From Octopus bimaculoides (Eukaryota), in the NCBI RefSeq assembly GCF_001194135.2, contig NC_068998.1, forward strand, positions 34,744,752-34,808,474: DNA of 63,723 nucleotides, given 5' to 3'. The position numbers and the translations under genes are program-made. The number at the start of each line of letters is the position of its first letter. Position 1 is the first letter of the stretch. A model generated the notes under the pieces. The model was not told the origin of the DNA, did not search any database, and saw only the letters and a list, made by a program, of their open reading frames with translations. Positions 52,642 through 63,723 of this stretch are shown here, one piece after another.

Positions 52642-52863
52642 CTCTTTAGCATTCAGATTACTCTGTCCAGCATAATGCATATCTATTTACATTGTCTTGA
52701 ATTAATCATGCATTTTCCCATAACTTTGAATGTTCAATGATGTGATAGTTTATTTTTAGAATGACATTATAGGGTATGTATGAGAGGTCAGATCAGATCA
52801 CTTTGAACATAAAACAGGTAGAATATTTGGTTGAGATATAGCTGGTTTAACAGCCTATGGGGT
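52642..52863 (-). mobile_element. piggyBac-like MITE, homolog of 36653-36872
   Basis: TTAA-CTCTTTAGCATTCAGATTACTCTGTC...; reverse-complement match to the 36.7-kb copy. Confidence 0.7.
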
Positions 52864-53639
52864 GATAGAAAGTGTTGTAGAGTGTAATGGTGACTGGAAA
52901 AATATAGTTGTTCCTTTTGAGTGTCATTGAATCGATAGTTTATTTTGCATAATCAGATATGCAGGAATATATTCCTCGTCTGAAAAACCATATTGGTTTG
53001 TGAGAAGGAATAAAAGTTATAGACAGATGAACATATAGGTTTACTTTCACATAAGTGTGTAGAGACATATACATTTATAGGAATGTATGTATATATATAT
53101 ANNNNNNNNNNNNNNNNNNNNNNNNNNNNNNNNNNNNNNNNNNNNNNNNNNNNNNNNNNNNNNNNNNNNNNNNNNNNNNNNNNNNNNNNNNNNNNNNNNN
53201 NNNNNNNNNNNNNNNNNNNNNNNNNNNNNNNNNNNNNNNNNNNNNNNNNNNNNNNNNNNNNNNNNNNNNNNNNNNNNNNNNNNNNNNNNNNNNNNNNNNN
53301 NNNNNNNNNNNNNNNNNNNNNNNNNNNNNNNNNNNNNNNNNNNNNNNNNNNNNNNNNNNNNNNNNNNNNNNNNNNNNNNNNNNNNNNNNNNNNNNNNNNN
53401 NNNNNNNNNNNNNNNNNNNNNNNNNNNNNNNNNNNNNNNNNNNNNNNNNNNNNNNNNNNNNNNNNNNNNNNNNNNNNNNNNNNNNNNNNNNNNNNNNNNN
53501 NNNNNNNNNNNNNNNNNNNNNNNNNNNNNNNNNNNNNNNNNNNNNNNNATGTTAACAATCTCTTGCATCATATATTTCATGAGCAGATGAGCATAAGATT
53601 ATCAGCATTGTCGATGCCAGAGAGACACAGATTCTGTTA

Positions 53640-54050
53640 ACATCTTGCTTGATATTTTGGCTGTTTTGGATAGGGTCAAGACTTTGCCTAAGGCCGTAGC
53701 CCATGCCTGTCACAAAGTAAAAAAGAGTTAGAGTGTCTGCATGAAGGATTCCTGCTGTTGTTGGAAACTCTTTAGTTGGAGAGTAGGTTTTCATCTACAG
53801 TGGTGATGGCTTTGACATTCTCCTATGAGATACCTTGGTTGAATAGAACATGAAACATGGCCCTCCCACTGACATTCTATCAACAGCCTTCAAGAAATCG
53901 ACAAATATTTTTTTATGGCCTTTTGCTTAAAGATTCTGATCTGTTCTATAATTCTTTTGAGAGCATGGATCTGTGTAGGTTTGACCTACTTTTGCAGAAG
54001 CTGTTTCTGTGATCTTTGTAACTAAGGAGATCAATAGAAGGACTACTTGA
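53640..54050 (-). mobile_element. RTE-clade reverse transcriptase fragment
   Basis: TQIHALKRIIE...IFVDFLKAVD...AGILHADTL...YGLRQSL, equivalent to the FVDFxKAFD and GVLQGDTL motifs. Confidence 0.75.
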
Positions 54051-54655
54051 TCAAAGTACACAAATTCCCTTCACAGGTTTTTTTTTTTCACTGTATAAAA
54101 ATATACATGGAATTTTGAATATTATTTGCACCATGCATCTTATTCCACAACATACATGAGTGTATTAACATGTGTGTGTGTGTGTGTGCAAAGGTAATAT
54201 CCAAGGATCCAGGTGTAGGAAGTTAGTAAGTTTCAAGCAGTCCATAGAAGATATAAAAACAACATACAGGAACAATTATGGTTTATCGATGTAGAAGGTT
54301 GTAAATTTTTCCTACATCAAAGTTTGATAAGCTGTGTCTTTTTACCCATGCAGGCATAGGTTAGGTTAGGAGGTATTTCAGGCAGGATTTTTAGTTAGAT
54401 GTTCATCTTATCATTCATTCACTCACTCATTCATTCATTCACAAACATAAGTACATATCTCCATATATACATACTATACTATAAAGGTTTATAAAACTCT
54501 GCATTTGTATTATATACTGAGCATTGAAGTTGAAAAAGTCTACTTTGCATGAGCCATATTCAATAAAATTAACACTATATATATATATAGATATATTTGT
54601 TTATTTACCCCAAAACCTCATGTGCTCTCATTATTTTATTGCATTTTCACTGAAG

Positions 54656-54732
54656 ACAGAAAAACACCATCATCTCATGCAAGAGGATTGATAATTGTTC
54701 AGAGATATACTTCTGTTGACATGAAATCATTG
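54656..54732 (+). CDS. Candidate exon (RKTPSSHARGLIIVQRYTSVDMKSL)
   Basis: Acceptor ttgcattttcactgaAG, donor TTG|GTAGCC, one open frame. Confidence 0.25.
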
Positions 54733-55318
54733 GTAGCCTAGTTAACCCACAAATAAAGTGTGTGTGTGTGTGTGTGTGTATCACACTCATACACATACAT
54801 ACATACATACATGCATAAATATGAGACTACCCTACAAATGCTATTAAATTGCAAGGAAAATGTTCTGTTCCTAGCTAGGAACTGGCACTCTCTTAATTGG
54901 TGAGCGATTGGAAAGAGAAAACAAAGAAACATACATACTCTGGCAACCACGCATATACATATCTTTAGGGTTCTTATCTATTTTTATGACAGCATGTGTG
55001 TGTACTTCCATTCAGTGTAAGAAATATAGTAATTTTAATTGATTTCTAACATTATCTCTCATAGGAGGAAATACAATGCTTTTTCGTTGTTTTTTGACTT
55101 ATATTCATGTTATCTTCATATGTCTGTGTTTATGATTTTTATCTAGTACACACACACACACACACACGCGCATATATATATATTTCATTGTAATAAATAT
55201 ATATTTGGAGATTAATATATGATAGATGTGTGCACGTACTTGTGCACGTACTTGTGCATGTACTTGTGCACGTATTTGTATATATCTATATATGTATATA
55301 TGTGTATATATCTATGTG

Positions 55319-55353
<35 letters not shown>

Positions 55354-56012
55354 NNNNNNNNNNNNNNNNNNNNNNNNNNNNNNNNNNNNNNNNNNNNNNN
55401 NNNNNNNNNNNNNNNNNNNNNNNNNNNNNNNNNNNNNNNNNNNNNNNNNNNNNNNNNNNNNNNNNNNNNNNNNNNNNNNNNNNNNNNNNNNNNNNNNNNN
55501 NNNNNNNNNNNNNNNNNNNNNNNNNNNNNNNNNNNNNNNNNNNNNNNNNNNNNNNNNNNNNNNNNNNNNNNNNNNNNNNNNNNNNNNNNNNNNNNNNNNN
55601 NNNNNNNNNNNNNNNNNNNNNNNNNNNNNNNNNNNNNNNNNNNNNNNNNNNNNNNNNNNNNNNNNNNNNNNNNNNNNNNNNNNNNNNNNNNNNNNNNNNN
55701 NNNNNNNNNNNNNNNNNNNNNNNNNNNNNNNNNNNNNNNNNNNNNNNNNNNNNNNNNNNNNNNNNNNNNNNNNNNNNNNNNNNNNNNNNNNNNNNNNNNN
55801 NNNNNNNNNNNNNNNNNNNNNNNNNNNNNNNNNNNNNNNNNNNNNNNNNNNNNNNNNNNNNNNNNNNNNNNNNNNNNNNNNNNNNNNNNNNNNNNNNNNN
55901 NNNNNNNNNNNNNNNNNNNNNNNNNNNNNNNNNNNNNNNNNNNNNNNNNNNNNNNNNNNNNNNNNNNNNNNNNNNNNNNNNNNNNNNNNNNNNNNNNNNN
56001 NNNNNNNNNNNN

Positions 56013-56069
<57 letters not shown>

Positions 56070-56497
56070 GTATATTATATATATTATATGTGTGTAAGAA
56101 AGACAGACAGAAGGAGTAGAGAACAAAACCACATCCATCATCTTAATTTCTATATACAAAATATGCAGCACACATACATGCATGCAACCACACACATGGA
56201 CATACATGCAGGGAGATGTAGAGTCCCTGTATTAGACTGTTGTTGCTTTCCTTAATTGCATCTATTGCAATATTCTGTAATCAGCAAATCTTATCAATTG
56301 TAGATCTCAACTATAACTCAGTGTGATTTATATTGTATATCAAATTCTTAAAGAGGAAAATATTTACAGAGACAATATATATATATGTGTATATTTACAT
56401 ATATATATGGGAATTATATATATACTTAATTTATAGGTACATGGATATATATATATATATATATATATCCATGTGCATATAAATTAAGTATATATAT

Positions 56498-57210
56498 CAT
56501 CATCATCATCATCATCGTTTAACGTCCGCTTTCCATGCTAGCATGGGTTGGACGATTTGACTGAGGACTGGTGCAACCGGATGGCTACACCAGGTACCAA
56601 TCTAATTTGGCAGAGTTTCTACAGCTGGATGCCCTTCCTAACGCCAACCACTCAAAGAGTGTAGTGGGTGCTTTTATGTGTCACCCGCACGAAAACGGCN
56701 NNNNNNNNNNNNNNNNNNNNNNNNNNNNNNNNNNNNNNNNNNNNNNNNNNNNNNNNNNNNNNNNNNNNNNNNNNNNNNNNNNNNNNNNNNNNNNNNNNNN
56801 NNNNNNNNNNNNNNNNNNNNNNNNNNNNNNNNNNNNNNNNNNNNNNNNNNNNNNNNNNNNNNNNNNNNNNNNNNNNNNNNNNNNNNNNNNNNNNNNNNNN
56901 NNNNNNNNNNNNNNNNNNNNNNNNNNNNNNNNNNNNNNNNNNNNNNNNNNNNNNNNNNNNNNNNNNNNNNNNNNNNNNNNNNNNNNNNNNNNNNNNNNNN
57001 NNNNNNNNNNNNNNACGGTCACGCTCAGGATGGTACATCTTATGTGCCATCCGCACAAGAGCCAGTCCAGGGGCACTGGCAACGATCTCACTTGGCTTGC
57101 TGGGTCTTCTCATGCACAGCACATTTTCAAAGGTCTCGGTCAGTAGTCATCGCCTCAGTGAGGCCCAATGTTCGAAGGTCTTGCCTCACCACCTCAGCTC
57201 AGGTCTTCCA
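56498..57210 (-). mobile_element. RTE-clade LINE 3' end (ORF2 tail, gapped 3' UTR, (GAT)n tail)
   Basis: (CAT)n tail at 56498, conserved 3' terminus, repeat-unit sequence on both sides of gap 56700-57014, and KTWAEVVRQDL coding at about 57090-57210. Confidence 0.88.
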
Positions 57211-57233
57211 ATGCACACGTACACACATATACA

Positions 57234-57969
57234 CAGGGTGTGGTGAATATATTGTCGTCTAAATTAGGCAAAAATGAAAATAATACTGACATCTCATTTT
57301 AACAGATATATTTACCAAAATTACATTAAAATAGTTTGAAATATTAAAGAGTAAATTTATTCAATAAAATTGCCATTAGCTTCAACTACACTCTCCAGAC
57401 GACCTCAAAATTCTGGATGGTCTCCTTGTTTAAGTTGGTAAATGCTGCCATAATCCTTGCCTTCATGTCATTTTTGGAGTTACAAAGGGTTTTGTTGGTC
57501 TCTCACCCAACTGCGCCCCACACAATAATCAACAGGGTTGCAGTCTGGAGAGTTAGATGGCCCAAATTTAGGGGTAATGGGGTCGCAGGAATTGTCTGAC
57601 AGTCATGACTAGGCTCTCCTGCTTTTGTGGCATGGGACAGAGTCCTGTTGCCAGAGTCCTGTTGCCAGAGATAGGGTCTTCCAGCAGTAACTTTGTTGAC
57701 CCAGGTCAGCACTAGCTCCTCCAGGCACCTGATGTAGGTCCGTACCCGTTTTGATTCTGAGGCCATGTGGGAAGATGAATGGGGGCATAATGTTGCCATC
57801 ACTATTGATCACTCCAAACACCATGATGCTGACTGGATGTTTGATTTTTATCGCTCTCAGTATATGTCCTCAAAGTGCACTAACTTCAGATTGACACCCA
57901 GACACTCTGAAATCTTTGCATTGGAGCTTCCAGCATGAATACCAATCAGTACAGCATGTCATTTCCAAA
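57234..57969 (-). mobile_element. DD37D transposon derivative, truncated by the adjacent palindrome
   Basis: WQQDSVPCH...SPDCNPVDY gives exactly 37 codons between the second and third D; 14-bp tandem duplication GAGTCCTGTTGCCA. Confidence 0.85.
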
Positions 57970-58427
57970 TATTGACAATCCAATAATTTATTTATATTAT
58001 AATATTGCATTATATACTATGAATATAATATAACATAATATTATATAACATAAACAATTATTAAAAAGCCACAGAAGGCCAACAAATTGTTTCAACTTAT
58101 ATACATTTTCTAATATACATACACAATAACAGTTCCCTTATGTATAAGTCACTTCACGGTAATGGTTTAAAGATAGACGGTTTTTTACAATCCAGCCCTC
58201 CTTTCACACGGAATTTTATCTATCTTTAAACCATTACCCTGAAGTCACTTATACATAAGCGAACTGTTATTGTGTATATATATCAGAAAATGTATGTAAA
58301 TCAAAACAATTTGTTGGCCTTCTATGGTTTTTTTAATAATTGTTTATGCTATATAATATTATGTTATACTATGTTCATTGTATATCATGTAAGATTATAA
58401 TATAAATAAATTATTGGATTGTCAATA
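57970..58427. mobile_element. Foldback/MITE-like palindrome with ~208-bp arms and a 41-bp spacer
   Basis: TATTGACAATCCAATAATTTATTTATATTATAAT...AAAGATAGA versus TCTATCTTT...ATTATAATATAAATAAATTATTGGATTGTCAATA. Confidence 0.9.
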
Positions 58428-60033
58428 GTATCGCTCTATTTAATTTATCTTTGTAATTTCATTATATCGATATCTATATGGTATTCAACTGACATACTAA
58501 TGAACCGGGTGTTCAATGCACCCCTTTGAAGGATCTCTTTTCCTCAGTTTGCTACTTNNNNNNNNNNNNNNNNNNNNNNNNNNNNNNNNNNNNNNNNNNN
58601 NNNNNNNNNNNNNNNNNNNNNNNNNNNNNNNNNNNNNNNNNNNNNNNNNNNNNNNNNNNNNNNNNNNNNNNNNNNNNNNNNNNNNNNNNNNNNNNNNNNN
58701 NNNNNNNNNNNNNNNNNNNNNNNNNNNNNNNNNNNNNNNNNNNNNNNNNNNNNNNNNNNNNNNNNNNNNNNNNNNNNNNNNNNNNNNNNNNNNNNNNNNN
58801 NNNNNNNNNNNNNNNNNNNNNNNNNNTATCTCTATGTGGTGAGTTATAATGCAAAAAAATATATATAAAATAAAAGATGGAAAATACACACACTTTATGT
58901 AGTTTTGATATACTTTTTTAATATATTTTATATTGTGTTTGTCTACCAGTTTCACTTTTACTCATCATGGCAATGAAATTATTGTAATTTAGTATTTTCT
59001 TAAGAAGATTTTAGTCCATGTTGTGTGTGGAGAAGTTTAGGAATGAATGATTCAACAAATAGAAAAATCTAAGTGGAGGTATCGTTATTATTGGGAACAG
59101 GGGAGGTAATTATTCATCTTTTGGGGAGGGGATAAATATACAAGAACACAAAAGCTAAAGTAGTGAGAAGAAACACGTACAGTCACGGGTATGTGATCAT
59201 GAATTAAAATATATGCTGAGATCAAAGTTGGTTATGTGTTTATATTTAGACATGTTCTGTAGTTTCCGATAAACAATTTTTTTAATTTAAATGTTCTTGT
59301 ATAGAAATTGTTTCTTTGGACTGGTAGATGGGGGAAACTGTGAGGTTTGGTTGGATATTACCTGCACATCTCTCTATGTGTTCATAAAATATATGAATAT
59401 GCAGATATATATATATATAATTATATCTATATAAATACACATAAACAAATATAAACGATGTGTGTGTGTGTGTGTGCGTGTGTGTGTGTGTGTGGGTGTG
59501 TGTGTGTGTGCATGAGTGTCTGTATGTTTATTCCCACTTTCTCACTGTAATTGATATTTACCCTGCTCGAATATATATTGTAGCTACTGATTTGAAGCAA
59601 ATCTAAAACAGATTTGTTGTATTTTAAAGTTTGATGTTTGTTAACTTAATTATATGTAGTTGCAGCTGTTGCTATTAATATTCTATTGTTATTGTTGACA
59701 AAGATATAATAGTTATCATTGTTGTGGTTACTCTTTGTCTAGTTTCTATTGCTAGCAGCGTTTTTGCTGATGCTATAATTATTGTTCTTGTTGCCATTTA
59801 CGTTGCTGAGAGTCTTCATTTACAATGTAGTCCATAATAGAGCTACTGTAGCTTGACAGTGTCTTTGAAGCTTCAGCTTGCTCACCTTCATTAGCCAACA
59901 GCAAGCAAGCTGACACTTTGAAGTCACTATCAGTTTTTTTCCTTGAAAAAGTTTATTAAACATTTATTACACTCTGCTAAAATTATTAAGCAATCCTTCA
60001 GTGCACTGTTAATTTTTTAAATGACTGACAATA

Positions 60034-60080
<47 letters not shown>

Positions 60081-60339
60081 AATGAAGTAGGGATATTTTG
60101 AAATCTATCTTTTTAATATGTACATTTCAGGTTTGTGTAATATATGATAGAAAATGCATTGATTATGTTAACCTTCCTCAATAAAAGTTCCAAAATATAA
60201 AGAAACTGATGAAAAAATTTCAATATATATATCGTTAGTCTAATAAGTTGGCCACTAAGTTATGAGGATAGATATGTATACAAAGGGTGAGAGGGAGAGG
60301 GAAGAGAGAGAAAGAGAGGGGAAAAGGTAAAGAAGAATA

Positions 60340-60915
60340 CGTCTTGAGTGATTTCCATGTGGATTGCTTGTGATGCCCCTCCAGCACCTTGGGGATGAAT
60401 TTTGCCAACACTCTCTACACCCACATATCCTCTGTTAAAATTGAATGCACTAATTCTGTGCTTATTCACACTTTGTGAGCAATTTCCTGGATTGTTATAT
60501 GACAGCCTTCCATGACTATTCCCCAAACCTTCTCAACTGGCTCCCTGTTGGAGCTTGTGGATGTCTTAATTGAGTGTGCCTTGCTTTCTACTGAGATATA
60601 TCTATGTTTCAAGCAGTTGTATCACTCCTTGATCTGTGTTTTGTCCATGACATCATTGTCAAAGGCCTGCTGAATATTCAGGATGATTTGGGCTTGAGTG
60701 TCACCAAGCTTTTGGCAAAACTTGAAACAATATCCCTGCTTGATGCATTTCGTCATCTTGCATGAAGATCAAAATCTCACGAGTGCATACTACACATCAG
60801 TACTCTAGCTATAACAGCAAGAAACCAACACAGCCTACCTGCATGAAAATTTTCATACATGTGCAGGAAGGGTGACATCATCTCTCAGCCAAAGGATTTT
60901 GCCCATGTGGCATTA
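60340..60915 (-). mobile_element. Mariner transposase N-terminal remnant
   Basis: MTKCIKQGYCFKFCQKLGDTQ...ITIQEIA...SILTEDM...VLAKFIPKVL; multiple stops. Confidence 0.75.
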
Positions 60916-61085
60916 GTTTTGGCAAGAAAAATAAAGACGGGTGCACTTTATATACACACACACATACATATGTAGAAGTTGAGAGAAGGAGTGGAACCAA
61001 GGGAAATAGTTATGTGCCAGACAAGAGTTTAGCGTATGATTCAAGGACATGGATAGGAGCAGATATATGTATGAACCTGTATAAC

Positions 61086-61130
<45 letters not shown>

Positions 61131-61140
61131 NNNNNNNNNN

Positions 61141-61187
<47 letters not shown>

Positions 61188-61744
61188 ATAGCCTTGGAAT
61201 TAGTATTTCTGAAAATATATGTTAACACAATGTTTTCAAGCTAATTAATAAAAATCTAAGTGAACATATGAAATATTTCCAGTACACAAACACCTACAAA
61301 ATGAACACTAAGAAGGAATTCAATCTACTTACATTTACTGGTGTCTGATTGCTAGAGATTGTTAACCAAATTCTTTTAAAACTGGATGCCTTATTCATAT
61401 CTGTTGGATATTTTAATCCCTTTCATCTTGTATATATATATAATATATATATTATCTTTATCTTATGATATTTACTTTGTATTATATTATACTTATTTAT
61501 TATGCTTTTAATTATTAATTTTTCTATATGTGACAGTGGATTTTCATCAATGAGTTCATGAACCTTGGTTCTTTTCCCTAATACTATATATTTATATATA
61601 TTTTATACTGTGAAACTTAATTTAATTTTAATTTTTAATAAATTGATTTTAATTGAGTTTTTACCTGTAATTTTGGATTTTATCTCAAATATTATTATAT
61701 ATATTTATATGTATATCTGTAAAAATATGTAACACTTATTCGGT

Positions 61745-61817
61745 AGCTATGATAAAACTCCGAGTTTCGAATGCCGGGGTGGGAACCCATGCCAACATCT
61801 CTTCAGTTATCTGGCCA
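61745..61817 (-). ncRNA. Type I hammerhead ribozyme, near intact
   Basis: Minus strand GATAA CTGAAGA GATGTTGG CATGGGTTCCCACC CCGGCATTC GAAA CTC G GAG TT TTATC: canonical CUGANGA core, perfect 5-bp stem I, near-palindromic stem III, GUU cleavage triplet. Confidence 0.8.
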
Positions 61818-61879
61818 TTGAAAATTCCTGTATTTACATAATATCGAGGTCTCTTTCTTTCTTTTGTTGTCCTTTCTAT

Positions 61880-61950
<71 letters not shown>

Positions 61951-62746
61951 CATATATATATATGTATATGTATATTTATAAATTTGTATGAATGTATTTC
62001 TGTCATGTGTGTATCCTTGTGAGCAATATATATGTGCATATGCATATCCTTCCATTTTGGTGTATATAAATATGTGAATCTTGTGGTATATACTTGTCTA
62101 TGTATACATATCTATGTGTGTATAGTAGTAATTTTATATTTGGGTAGACACCTTGTAGTATGCTGTTTAAAGCTCCTCTACAGTATCCAGCTATCTGATA
62201 TCAACAATGATACAGAAGTATATGGTATGGAGGCCACTGGATTTATTTCAGGAATTCATTTGTGTTCGTAAAGTTTAAATAAAAGAATGGAAATCACAAT
62301 GCTCTTTATTCAGAACCACGATGACTGTTTTGACACATGAGGCACCCCTACCTTATGGGTAAGATGTTGTACAATAAATCATCATGCATTATTTGTGAAG
62401 AAGCATCTCCTTGGGTGGCTCTTCAAATAAGTACCTTGCTTTTTACTTGCATATAGTCATAGACAGAAATTTAGTTTGCATCAGGCCTTGTTTGGGTATA
62501 CAATATTGCCAAGTCACAAAAATAACAAAACATTCATGTTTGTCACTCCTGAATGGGACCTGATGCTAGTTATCTTGCTTGTCCATGACTTCCAGGTGTT
62601 TTAACACCAGGCATATTGATGAGAATATATTCTCTTGTACCTACAACCACAGCCTACCCGTGAATGAGCGAAACACCAACTTTGTGTACATGTATTCAAT
62701 ATTGTTTATATCCCTCAAGCTGCTTCTAATTCATATTCGAATGCAT

Positions 62747-62801
<55 letters not shown>

Positions 62802-62914
62802 TATACATACACACACACATACAAACACACATATACACACACACATATATACATNNNNNNNNNNATATATACATATATATAAATATATATATACACACAT
62901 ACGTGCATATATAG

Positions 62915-62927
62915 ATAGATAGAATGC

Positions 62928-62972
<45 letters not shown>
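62915..62972. repeat. (ATAG)n microsatellite; one of dozens of (AT)n, (AC)n, (AAT)n and (ATGT)n tracts in the window
   Basis: Directly visible. Confidence 0.9.
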
Positions 62973-63678
62973 TGTGTTTGTATTATCTTTAATTTGGTTA
63001 AATTGAAGGTTTCTTTCAAATTTAATATATGACACACAATATGATACAAATATGATTTTACATTCTTTTGTTCCATACCCATCACAACAACCGTTTCAAC
63101 TTACACAAGATACTTTCAAGTGCAACATATGAGTTTTGAAAATATTTTCATACAACAATGCTGTTTGATCTTTTAGCCATTGCTCCCCTTAAATCAAAAA
63201 TATTATAATGATGTGTTTTCATCAATAAAAAATATAAAATTTCCAAAAACGAAAAAGATTTAGAAGTGTGTATGTATATATGCATGTATATATTTGTATG
63301 TATATATGTGTGTACATGCATACATCATATATAAATGCACATATACATTTATAGAGAATGACAGATAGATTGATATACATATCAAGATATAAAGAGAGAG
63401 ATATACTTATATAAAGGGAGGTAGAGAATTAGGCAAACATACAGACGCACAGATATACGTGCCTCATTTAACAGTGTGTTCAGAATTACATTTCATATGA
63501 TATAGGAATGAGAAAAATGCTCTTCATTATTCAATTGCTACTGTGAAACTTTAAACAATACAATACTGGATTAAAGTAAAAATACAAATAAAAGAAATTC
63601 AAAATGTTTTGAGCACTATTTTCTTGCTCAGTCTGTCTATTTGTCTGTCTCACTTTCTCTCTCTCTGTCTTTCTCTTT

Positions 63679-63723
<45 letters not shown>

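Noticed and set aside
55229-55276. 12-bp tandem TGTGCACGTACT x4
   Set aside because: Ordinary microsatellite-derived minisatellite within a (GT)/(AT) tract.
60206-60225. CTGATGA motif
   Set aside because: No stem II or downstream GAAA core.

Overview
AT-rich eukaryotic genomic DNA from a gapped draft assembly: about 17 N-runs, many of them flanked by (AT)n. The microsatellite density and the SINE/LINE repertoire suggest a cephalopod, probably octopus (inference from memory, not database-checked). No long intact ORF is present; the long ORF-track entries are artefacts of N-gaps and microsatellites. Most interpretable sequence is decayed mobile DNA: tRNA-type SINEs, a 5S-rRNA-derived SINE, RTE and CR1/L2-like LINE ends, and R4/Dong-like RLE retrotransposons nested in (TAA)n. 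There are also a Penelope-like GIY-YIG remnant, a Gypsy protease fragment, mariner, Tc1 and DD37D transposon relics, MITEs and Helitron-like ends. A chain of short GT-AG exons suggests an unidentified + strand host gene. The most notable signal, invisible to the ORF track, is a set of type I hammerhead ribozyme motifs. One is fully base-paired with a variant CCGACGA core at the tip of a 125-nt rod (21334-21458), and one is near-intact (61745-61817). Several others are decayed, including one at the 5' end of an R4/Dong-like element. No CRISPR or prokaryotic-type system is supported.
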